A stretch of DNA of 64,000 nt from Vicinamibacterales bacterium. GTDB taxonomy: Bacteria > Acidobacteriota > Vicinamibacteria > Vicinamibacterales > UBA2999. Within the stretch, counting starts at the first letter, position 1. Every line of letters begins with the position of its first letter. The position numbers and the translations under genes are program-made. Below the pieces are notes generated by a model. The model ran no database searches. It was not told the origin of the DNA and worked only from the letters and a program-made list of their open reading frames with translations. Of the stretch, positions 1 through 7,964 are shown piece after piece. The stretch spans positions 49,006 to 113,005 of the forward strand of contig JBFWOG010000017.1 of the NCBI GenBank assembly GCA_050250645.1, read 5' to 3'.

Positions 1-558
1 GTGACGTTCGGCCGCTGGTGGACGCTGCTGACGGCCGGGTGGCTGCACGCGGGCGTGCTGCATATCCTGTTCAACGTCCTCTGGATCCGGCAGCTCGCGC
101 CCGTCGTCGCCGATCTCTACGGCCCCGGGCGGATGGTCATCCTCTACACGCTCGCCGGCGTGACGGGCTTCGGCCTGTCGACGCTCGCCGGCGCGTACCT
201 GGGCGGCATCCCCATCTTCTTCCTGCGCGGCGCGCAGTTCACCGTCGGCGCGTCGGCGCCGATCTTCGGCCTGCTCGGCGCCGTCATGTACCACGGCCAC
301 CGGACCGGCAGCAGTCACACGGCGCAGGCCGGCCTGCAGTACGCGCTCTTCCTCGGCGTGTTCGGCCTGATCATGCCCGGCATCGACAACTGGGCGCACC
401 TGGGCGGCTTCGCGGGCGGCTACTTCGTCGGCCAGCTCCTCGACCCGCTGAAGCCCGAGCGCGTCGATCACCTCGTCGTCGCCCTGCTCTGCCTCGGCGC
501 CACGCTCGTCGCGCTCGTCACGTCCTTCTTGACCGCGCTACCCATGCTTACTCGCTAA
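1..558 (+). CDS. Rhomboid family intramembrane serine protease (5' end outside or at window edge)
   Basis: WW-LLTAGWLH-G-LHILFN, catalytic VGASA, second motif IDNWAHLGG; multiple hydrophobic helices. Confidence 0.93.
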   Translation: MTFGRWWTLLTAGWLHAGVLHILFNVLWIRQLAPVVADLYGPGRMVILYTLAGVTGFGLSTLAGAYLGGIPIFFLRGAQFTVGASAPIFGLLGAVMYHGHRTGSSHTAQAGLQYALFLGVFGLIMPGIDNWAHLGGFAGGYFVGQLLDPLKPERVDHLVVALLCLGATLVALVTSFLTALPMLTR

Positions 559-566
559 CGCTCGTT

Positions 567-604
567 GAGTAATCAAGAATCAAGAATCAAGAATCAAGAA
601 TCCC
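567..604 (+). repeat. Heptamer tandem array GAGT(AATCAAG)x4-AATC
   Basis: Directly visible 9 nt after the rhomboid stop; same family at 1039-1178, 10571-10677, 17011-17040, 17731-17800. Confidence 0.95.
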
Positions 605-988
605 TCGACACAATTGTCCCCACAATCGTGTCCGACAGAACCGTCGGGGCATGCGGATGCTGCATGCGTTGCATGCAATGATTCCTCGGCGTACATTTCT
701 TTCCGTCATGTCGTTCGGGAGCCACCTGTCCTGTCTCCGTGCGCCGGCCGCCCCCACCGTCGGTGGCGGCCTGACGCGACAGCGCCGGCCGGCCTGATCG
801 CCCCCATCGGGCCCGCCCCCTCTACCGACGCCCCCAGCCCTCGCGGCTGCCGGCGCGTCCAGCGGGTCCCGAGCCGGCGGCCCCCACCTCCGTCAAGCCA
901 CGGCGGTGGCGCAGCCCTTCACGCGCGTGGCGCGCCCACACGCGACCCGAGTTCCCCCGGTGCCCCGACGCCGACACCGCGGGGCCGT

Positions 989-1040
989 TGGCGTCGTTGC
1001 GGACCGGACCTCCTGACCGGAACGGACGGCGCCACTTTTT
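989..1040 (+). terminator. Intrinsic terminator-like hairpin with T-tract; apical loop contains CCTCCT
   Basis: TGGCGTCGT (989-997) pairs with ACGGCGCCA (1026-1034, one G-U); inner CCGG/CCGG; followed by CTTTTT. Confidence 0.5.
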
Positions 1041-1178
1041 CTTCGATGAGTAATCAAGAACCAAGAATCAAGAATCAAGAATCAAGGACCGGGACCGCGC
1101 CGGCGAGCTTCGGGTCCTTGTTTCTGGATTCTTGATTCTCGATTCTTGATTCCTCATCGAAGAAGCCCTTGATTACTC
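1039..1178. repeat. Inverted pair of AATCAAG arrays (long hairpin 1039-1164) plus terminal CTTGATTACTC copy
   Basis: TTCTTCGATGAGTAATCAAGAA (1039-1060) is the reverse complement of 1143-1164 except for one mismatch. Confidence 0.92.
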
Positions 1179-3797
1179 ATTCCGAAGGACCTCGATCGGG
1201 TCCACCCGGCTGGCCTTCCACGCCGGGCCGGCGGCGGCGGCCAGGGTGACCGTCGTCAGCATCAGCACGACGACGCCGAGGTTGACGGGGTCGGCCGGGC
1301 CGACACCGTAGAACATGCCTCGCATGGCGGTCGCGGCCGCCAGGCCGCCGGCGAGGCCGAGCGCCAGGCCGGCGCCGAGCAGCACGACCGCCTGCCGCAC
1401 CACGAGGCGAAGCACGTCGCCCGCCTGGGCGCCGAGCGCGAAGCGCGTGCCGAACTCCGCGCGCCGCCGGCTCACCGAGTAGGCCACGAGGCCGTAGAGG
1501 CCCGTCGTCGCCAGCACCAGCGCGAGGACGGCGAAGCCGGCGAACATGCCGATGACGATCCGGTCGCTGGCGCCGCGGCGGTCGAGTGACACCCGGTAGG
1601 ACTCGAAGTCCCTCAGGGGGAGCCCCGGCGCGACTTCGCGCAGCGCCTGGCGCACCGCGGCGGCCACGTCGAGTGGATCGCCCGGGGCGCGCACGATCAC
1701 ATCGAGCCGGCGGGTCGCCGGGAGCGGAGTCCAGATCCGCGGGGGCATGCCCTGCGCGAGGTCGCCGGCGCGCACGTCGCCCGTCACCCCGATCACCTGG
1801 CGCTCCTGGTCCGCTCCGTCCGCCACCACCCGCACGCGGCGTCCCAGGGCGGACGTCGCGCCGCCGAAGTACCGCTCGGCGGCCGCCAGGCTGACGAGCG
1901 CCAGGGGCGCGCCGCTTGCGACCTCGGTCGCACTGAACGAACGCCCGGCAATCACCGGCACGCCCAGCGTCTCCAGCGCGCCGTCGCCGACGCCCAGCTG
2001 CTGCGCCCACGGCGCATCGTCCGGCCGCGGGCGTGCGCCGTCCACGCCGAGCGTGACCACGCGCTCCCCGCCGACGGCCGGCAGGTCCTCAATGAGGGCC
2101 GCGCCGGCGACGCCGGGCAACGCCGTGAGACGGTCGGCGATGGCGCCGGCGGCCTGGCGCGCCTGCGCCGGATCGCCGTATGACGCCGGATCGAACTCGA
2201 GGCCGAACGTCAGCAGGCGGTCCGCATCGAACCCAGGGGGGATGGCGGACAGGTTCACGGCGGTGCGGACCGCCAGCCCCGCGGCGGTCACGAGCGTGAC
2301 GGCCAGTGCGAGTTGCGCGACGACCAGGACGTTCCGGCCCCCGGCGCGGGCCGACCCGCTGCGCGCGCCGCCGGCGTTGAGCGTCGAACGCAGATCGACC
2401 CGGCCCACCCGCAGTGCCGGCGCCAGCGAGAAGGCGAGCGGCGCCAGCACGGCGAGCGCGGCCGCGAAGAGCAGCTCGTGCGGGTCGATGGTCAACTGCC
2501 GGAAGAGAGGCTCCGCATCGACGGAGCGGATCAGCCGCAAACCGCCCTCCGCCACCAGCAGCCCCGCGGCCCCGCCGGCGACGCCGAGCAGCAGCCCCTC
2601 GATGAGCATCTGCCTGGCCAGGCGCAGCCGCCCCGCACCAAGTGCCGCGCGGAGGGCCATCTCGCGCTCGCGCGCCGTGGCCCGCGCCAGGAGCAGGCTC
2701 GCGACATTCGCGCAGGCGATGGCCATGACGAACCCGACCGCCACGACGAGGAGCGTCAGCACCGCCCAGAGGTTCTCCCCTCCGACCGCCTCGCCCGCCT
2801 GGAGGACGTTGACCGTCCAGCCCGCGGCGGTGTCCGGGTGCTCCCGCTCGATGCCCCGCGCCACGGCGGCGAACTCCGCGGCGGCGCCCTGCGCCGTGAC
2901 GCCGTCGCCAAGCCGCGCCGTCAGGACGAGATCGCGCCTGTCGCGCGGCGTGCCCGCCTGGACGACCAGCGGCACCCAGGCCGCGAAGCGCGCGAAGTCT
3001 CCGGCCTCGGCGCCCGCCTCCATGACCCCCACGATGGTGTGCGGCGTGCCATCGATGAGGACGCCCCGGCCGAGCACGCCGGGCGAGGCGCCGAATTCGC
3101 GCTGCCAGTAGGCATGGGACAACACGGCGACGCGCGGCGCGCCCGGCGCGTCGTCGCCCGGGCCGATGAGCCGGCCCAGCGCGGGCCGGAGCCGCCAGGC
3201 CGCGGCGAAGTCCCCGGTGACCCCGTTGACCTCCACCGCCTGCGCGAGCTGGTCGTGGACGAGCGTCGCCGGGCGAGGCGACCACGCCGAGAGGTCCGTG
3301 ACCGACCCGACGCGCTCGCGATAGTCGACGAAGTCCCCGAGCGACACCGGCGCCCGGCGGTTGCCCTGCCGCGGGTCCACGCCGTACACGATGACCGTGC
3401 GGCCGGGCTCGGCAATGGGCAGGCCCTGGAGCGCGACGAGATCGACGAACGAGAAGGCGATCGTGGCCGCGCCGATCGCGGCCGCCAGCGTGAGGACGAT
3501 GACGGCGGTGTGGCCCGGCGCCTGTCGGGCAAGCCGGAGCGCGGCGGTCAGGTCGCGGCGGAAGTCGAACATGGGGCCTCCTCTCGGGGGGCGGGGCCAG
3601 GCGCGGACGCCCCGGGCGCGGCCGCGGTAGTGCCAGGCGAGCGCAAGCGCCTGCCGCCAGTACCACGCCCGCGCGCCGCGGCCGCGCCGGCGCCGCTCGT
3701 GGAAGTCCTCGCGCAGGTCGCCGAGCAGGGAGAGGCCGGCCGTGCCGGGGGGCAGGCACCGCGCGAGCAGACGGTCGGCGAGCGGCGGAGGCCTCAT
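1173..3797 (-). CDS. ADOP-family duplicated ABC transporter permease (MacB_PCD/FtsX x2)
   Basis: IACANVASLLLARA..REREMALRAALGA, GLYGLVAYSVSRRRAEFGTRFALGA, C-terminal ASRVDPIEVLRNE; overlaps upstream PadR stop (ATGA). Confidence 0.93.
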   Translation of the reverse strand: MRPPPLADRLLARCLPPGTAGLSLLGDLREDFHERRRRGRGARAWYWRQALALAWHYRGRARGVRAWPRPPRGGPMFDFRRDLTAALRLARQAPGHTAVIVLTLAAAIGAATIAFSFVDLVALQGLPIAEPGRTVIVYGVDPRQGNRRAPVSLGDFVDYRERVGSVTDLSAWSPRPATLVHDQLAQAVEVNGVTGDFAAAWRLRPALGRLIGPGDDAPGAPRVAVLSHAYWQREFGASPGVLGRGVLIDGTPHTIVGVMEAGAEAGDFARFAAWVPLVVQAGTPRDRRDLVLTARLGDGVTAQGAAAEFAAVARGIEREHPDTAAGWTVNVLQAGEAVGGENLWAVLTLLVVAVGFVMAIACANVASLLLARATAREREMALRAALGAGRLRLARQMLIEGLLLGVAGGAAGLLVAEGGLRLIRSVDAEPLFRQLTIDPHELLFAAALAVLAPLAFSLAPALRVGRVDLRSTLNAGGARSGSARAGGRNVLVVAQLALAVTLVTAAGLAVRTAVNLSAIPPGFDADRLLTFGLEFDPASYGDPAQARQAAGAIADRLTALPGVAGAALIEDLPAVGGERVVTLGVDGARPRPDDAPWAQQLGVGDGALETLGVPVIAGRSFSATEVASGAPLALVSLAAAERYFGGATSALGRRVRVVADGADQERQVIGVTGDVRAGDLAQGMPPRIWTPLPATRRLDVIVRAPGDPLDVAAAVRQALREVAPGLPLRDFESYRVSLDRRGASDRIVIGMFAGFAVLALVLATTGLYGLVAYSVSRRRAEFGTRFALGAQAGDVLRLVVRQAVVLLGAGLALGLAGGLAAATAMRGMFYGVGPADPVNLGVVVLMLTTVTLAAAAGPAWKASRVDPIEVLRNE

Positions 3798-4120
3798 CCC
3801 TCGAGCAGGTCCTCGAGCCCGCTCCAGAGGTCGAGCAGCGTGCGCCGGGAGGCGCGGACCGCCGCGAGCCCCGTCGCCGTGACCTGGTAGGACCGCTCGG
3901 GCAGGCCGTCGCGGGTGTCGCCGCCCGGCCGGGCCGTCCAGCGCACGAGGCCCTTGGCCTCGAGGCGATCCAATGTCGTGTAGAGGGCGCCGCGGGAGAC
4001 CTCCTGGTCGGAGGACCGGGCCAGCCGTTCGCGAATGGCCCGGGACGTGCCGGCCTCGCCGGCGCCGAGGATCGCCAGGAGGACGCGGTGTTCGAATTCG
4101 CCGAGAAATGCGCGGGACAT
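3794..4120 (-). CDS. PadR family transcriptional regulator
   Basis: LGEFEHRVLLAI..GALYTTLDRLEAKGLV..R-Y-VTATG winged-HTH pattern. Confidence 0.92.
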   Translation of the reverse strand: MSRAFLGEFEHRVLLAILGAGEAGTSRAIRERLARSSDQEVSRGALYTTLDRLEAKGLVRWTARPGGDTRDGLPERSYQVTATGLAAVRASRRTLLDLWSGLEDLLEG

Positions 4121-4130
4121 GCCTGTCTCC

Positions 4131-4161
4131 AGTAGACGAGTCTACTTTGTGAACTGTTCAC
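4131..4161. promoter_or_regulatory. Two palindromes upstream of PadR (candidate operators)
   Basis: AGTAGAC-GA-GTCTACT (4131-4146) and GTGAAC-T-GTTCAC (4149-4161). Confidence 0.6.
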
Positions 4162-4349
4162 GGCCCCGGGCGCCACAGGCGGCGCCAGGGCGCACTTGCG
4201 CCGGTTCGAGGTGAAATGGAAGGCCGACATCCGTATCCGGATGCGGAAATTTGGATGAAAAACGGGGCCTTCCTACAAGGTTTTGAACGACCGTTCTACC
4301 AGCTCAACCATAACAACAAGATTTGGCTGAATTCTGTCGGGACGAACGC

Positions 4350-4365
4350 TGGTACAGGAACTGCC
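4350..4365 (+). promoter_or_regulatory. Putative sigma-54 promoter of the TonB-dependent receptor
   Basis: TGGTAC-AGGAA-CTGC: GG (4351-52) and GC (4363-64) separated by 10 nt; AT-rich upstream region. Confidence 0.5.
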
Positions 4366-4439
4366 TACAGCTCATCCGTTGCCGTCCGGCGCTTGCGGAC
4401 GGCGGTTGAGGCCGGCCGGTGGCCGGTCGAGGAGGACGG

Positions 4440-7412
4440 ATGAGAACCCTTCGAACCTCGTTGTGGCTCGCGCTGCTGCTGGCGTGCTCGGTCGGTGTGG
4501 CCGCGGCCCAGCAGCAGACGGGCGAGATCTTCGGTCGCGCGGTCGACAACACCGGCGCGGTCCTGCCGGGTGTCACGGTCACCGTGTCCGGACCGACCCT
4601 GATCCAGCCCCGCGTCGTCATCACGTCGGAGACCGGCACCTACCGGGTGCCGGAACTGCCGGTCGGCACCTACGAGGTGCGGTTCGAGCTGCCCGGCTTC
4701 CAGACGATGGTCCGCCAGGACATCCGGATCACCATCGGCTTCACGGCCCAGGTGAACGGCGAGCTGAACCTCTCGAGCGTGCAGGAGACGGTGACGGTGA
4801 CGGGCGAGAGCCCCCTCGTCGACACCAAGGAGACGGGCACGAAGTCGACCTTCGACCTCGAGACGCTCCAGAACCTGCCGTCGGCGCGTGACCCGTGGGT
4901 CATGCTGGAGCGCGCGCCCGCGATCACGATGGACCGCGTCAACGTCGGCGGCAGCCAGTCAGGCCAGCAGTCGGGCTACATCTCGCGCGGCTCCTCCACC
5001 GGCAACAACAAGTGGTCGATCGACGGCGTCGACATCACCGACATGTCGGCCACCGGCGCGTCGCCGATCTACTACGACTTCGACATGCTCGAGGAGATGC
5101 AGGTGACGACGGGCGGCGCCGACGTGACGCAGCAGACCGGCGGGGTCGGCATCAACCTCGTGACCAAGAGCGGCACCGACCGCTTCAAGGGCTCGGGCCG
5201 CGTCTACGTCACGGACCAGAAGTTCGAGGCCGACAACGTCACCGACGAGATTCGCGCCGCGGGCGCGGGCTCCGGCGCGCCGATCCAGAACATCCGCGAC
5301 TACGGCTTCGACGTGGGCGGCCCGATCAAGAAGGGCAAGGCGTGGTTCTGGGGCTCCTACGGCACGCAGGACGTCAAGGTCGGCGTGGTCGGCTTCTTCA
5401 AGAACACGCCGACGTGCCGGCCCGCCGGCGTGCCGGCGAGCCAGATCCCGTTCCTGCTGAACACGAGCCAGCTCCGCGACTGCCTCGAGACGGACCTGAC
5501 GACCCTGAACAACTACAACTGGAAGGTCCAGTGGGCGGCGTTCACGAACAACCGCCTGACGTTCCAGAACACCTGGGCCGAGAAGGTCCGGAGCGCGCGC
5601 GACGCGTCGGACACGCGGCCGATCGAGACGACGTACCGCCAGAAGGCGGTGTCGAGCGAGTACGGCAAGTTCGGCTGGAACACGGGCCCGGGCCCGTTCT
5701 GGAAGCTGAGCGACCAGCACGTCATCAGCGATCGCTGGCTGATGGACATGACCTGGTCGCACCTCGGCAACAACTTCGTCCTCGACTTCCACGACGACTC
5801 GCTGGCTGACGTCCAGCAGAGCCTCGAGACGACGACGGGGCTGAACGGACGGTCGTTCCAGCAGTCGATCTTCCTGCGGCCGACCAACAGCTTCGACGTG
5901 TCGAGCAACTACTTCCTGCCCGCGGCCCTCGGGGCCGACCACGCCTTCAAGTTCGGCTACCGGTGGCGCTCGGCGCACTCGATCAGCCTGAACCACCGCG
6001 GCGGCAACACGATCGCGCGGTTCACGAACGGCGTCGCGAACTCCGCGGACCTCTACCGGGACGGCGACTCGCGGTCGCACCTGAACACGCACGCGTTCTA
6101 CGTGCAGGACACGGTCACCAAGGACCGCCTCACGCTGAACCTCGGCGTGCGCGTCGACCGGCAGGACGACTTCTCGGCCGCGTCGACCGTCGCCGCCCAC
6201 CCGTACGCGCCGCAGGTGCTGCCGTCGGTCGACTTCCCCGGCGCGGATGCGGGCGTGGTGTGGACCGACGTCTCGCCCCGCCTGGGCGCGACCTACGACC
6301 TGATGGGCGACGGCCGGTCGGTCCTGTCGGCGTCGTACTCGATCTACTTCGGCCAGATGGCGCCGGGGCAGCTGTCGAACGAGCTGGCGGCGACGGGCGC
6401 GGTGTTCGTCCGCTACCCGTGGACCGACCTGAACGGCGACGAGTTCGTCCAGGCCAACGAGCTGGACTACAGCCGTATCCTGAGCCGGAGCGCGGCCTAC
6501 AACCCGGCCAACCCCAGCAACTTCCTGTCGCCCGGCACGGTCGACCCGAACATCAAGAACGACCGGACGCGCGAGTTCATCGTGGGCTTCGACCGGCAGG
6601 TCGGCCCGACCATGGCCGTGGGCGCCAGCTACATCTGGCGGAAGTACGACCGCTTCAACTGGCAGGACCGCGTCGGCCTGACCAGCGCGGACTACGTGCC
6701 CGTGAACTACACCGCGACCACCTGCCCGGCCGGCGCGCGGTGCGACACGGTCACCTACTACCAGCCGAGCATCCCGCTGCCGTCCGCGTTCATCCGCACG
6801 AACGTGCCCGACCGGTGGCGCGACTACAACGGCATCGAGCTGACGTTCCAGAAGCGGTACGCGAACCGCTGGTCGATGAACGCCAGCTACGCCTACAACG
6901 ACGCGGTCGACACGTGGGACTCGCCGGCGGCCTACGAGGACCCGACGTGCACCGTGACCTCGTGCCCGGGCAGCCAGATCTACGCGCCCGAGTCGAGCGG
7001 CAGCGGCATCGACAACATCTTCACCAACGCCAAGTGGCTCGTGAAGCTGGGCGGGCAGTACACGCTGCCCTACGACATCAACATCTCCGGGTTCTACAAC
7101 GCCCGCCAGGGCTACCCGTTCCCGCAGGGCATCCAGTCGCCGAACCGGGCCAACTCGGCCGGCCAGGCCGTCGTGCTGCTCGACCCGTTCGGGGACGTGC
7201 GCCTGCCGAACCTCCAGACGCTGGACTTCCGCCTCGACAAGTCGATCAAGGTCGCGTCGATGACGCTCCGCCCGTCGATGGAGGTGTTCAACCTCGGCAA
7301 CGTGAACACGGTGCTCGCGCAGCGCCGCAACCAGAACGCCAGCAACGCCAACAACATCAGCGGCATCGTCGCGCCGCGGGTGATCCGCTTCGGCGTCCGG
7401 GTCACATGGTAA
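4440..7412 (+). CDS. TonB-dependent receptor (carboxypeptidase-regulatory-like N-domain, Oar-like barrel)
   Basis: RBS GGAGG, signal peptide, GAVLPGVTVT..G-Y-V-FELPGF, INLVTKSGT, SPRLGATYD, C-terminal PRVIRFGVRVTW. Confidence 0.93.
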   Translation: MRTLRTSLWLALLLACSVGVAAAQQQTGEIFGRAVDNTGAVLPGVTVTVSGPTLIQPRVVITSETGTYRVPELPVGTYEVRFELPGFQTMVRQDIRITIGFTAQVNGELNLSSVQETVTVTGESPLVDTKETGTKSTFDLETLQNLPSARDPWVMLERAPAITMDRVNVGGSQSGQQSGYISRGSSTGNNKWSIDGVDITDMSATGASPIYYDFDMLEEMQVTTGGADVTQQTGGVGINLVTKSGTDRFKGSGRVYVTDQKFEADNVTDEIRAAGAGSGAPIQNIRDYGFDVGGPIKKGKAWFWGSYGTQDVKVGVVGFFKNTPTCRPAGVPASQIPFLLNTSQLRDCLETDLTTLNNYNWKVQWAAFTNNRLTFQNTWAEKVRSARDASDTRPIETTYRQKAVSSEYGKFGWNTGPGPFWKLSDQHVISDRWLMDMTWSHLGNNFVLDFHDDSLADVQQSLETTTGLNGRSFQQSIFLRPTNSFDVSSNYFLPAALGADHAFKFGYRWRSAHSISLNHRGGNTIARFTNGVANSADLYRDGDSRSHLNTHAFYVQDTVTKDRLTLNLGVRVDRQDDFSAASTVAAHPYAPQVLPSVDFPGADAGVVWTDVSPRLGATYDLMGDGRSVLSASYSIYFGQMAPGQLSNELAATGAVFVRYPWTDLNGDEFVQANELDYSRILSRSAAYNPANPSNFLSPGTVDPNIKNDRTREFIVGFDRQVGPTMAVGASYIWRKYDRFNWQDRVGLTSADYVPVNYTATTCPAGARCDTVTYYQPSIPLPSAFIRTNVPDRWRDYNGIELTFQKRYANRWSMNASYAYNDAVDTWDSPAAYEDPTCTVTSCPGSQIYAPESSGSGIDNIFTNAKWLVKLGGQYTLPYDINISGFYNARQGYPFPQGIQSPNRANSAGQAVVLLDPFGDVRLPNLQTLDFRLDKSIKVASMTLRPSMEVFNLGNVNTVLAQRRNQNASNANNISGIVAPRVIRFGVRVTW

Positions 7413-7414
7413 GG

Positions 7415-7573
7415 AGATTTCAGATCTCAGATTGCAGCTTGACGCTTGCAGTCTGACGATGCCGGATCTCGGATCCGAGGTCTCGTGATACGGGCGGGCG
7501 GCATGGCCTGGCGGCCAGCCGCCCGCTCTCTCTGTACACCCAATCTGCAATCTTCAATCTGAAATCTGAGATC
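7415..7573. repeat. Inverted pair of degenerate heptamer arrays (AGATTTC/AGATCTC/AGATTGC ... CAATCTG/AAATCTG)
   Basis: Forward array 7415-7437 right after TAA; reverse array 7541-7573. Confidence 0.8.
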
Positions 7574-7582
7574 CCCTAGCCC

Positions 7583-7628
7583 TTGACAGCCTGCCTACGA
7601 TGTCGGCATGATGCCAACAAGGTAGGCA
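7583..7628 (+). promoter_or_regulatory. -35 TTGACA plus two tandem palindromic PadR operator candidates
   Basis: TTGACA 7583-7588; TGCCTAC-GAT-GTCGGCA 7592-7608 and TGCCAAC-AAG-GTAGGCA 7612-7628. Confidence 0.7.
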
Positions 7629-7634
7629 TTCAAG

Positions 7635-7964
7635 ATGGCCCAGGGTCCGCTCGGCGAATTCGAAGTCCTCGTCCTCCTCGCGGTGCTGCACCTCGGCGAC
7701 GCCGCGTACCCGCCCGCCGTGCGGACCGCCATCGAGGCCCGCACGGGACGCGCGGTCGCCCGCGGCGCCGTCTACGTCACCCTCGACCGCCTCGAAGCCA
7801 AGCGCCTCCTCGCCTCCCGGCTCGACGACACCGACGGGACCGGCGGCCGGCCCCGGCGCTTCTATCGCGTGGCGCCGCGCGGGCTCACCGCCCTGCGCCG
7901 CGCCCTCCACGCGGTCGAGCGCATGCGCGACGGCCTCGAGGCGCTCATCGGGAAGCCCTCGTGA
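7635..7964 (+). CDS. PadR family transcriptional regulator
   Basis: LGEFEVLVLLAVL..GAVYVTLDRLEAKRLL..GGRPRRFYRV. Confidence 0.93.
   Translation: MAQGPLGEFEVLVLLAVLHLGDAAYPPAVRTAIEARTGRAVARGAVYVTLDRLEAKRLLASRLDDTDGTGGRPRRFYRVAPRGLTALRRALHAVERMRDGLEALIGKPS

Noticed and set aside
678-797. 39-aa ORF MIPRRTFLSVMSF.. with a Tat-like motif
   Set aside because: No RBS, no hydrophobic h-region, atypical codons; probably chance
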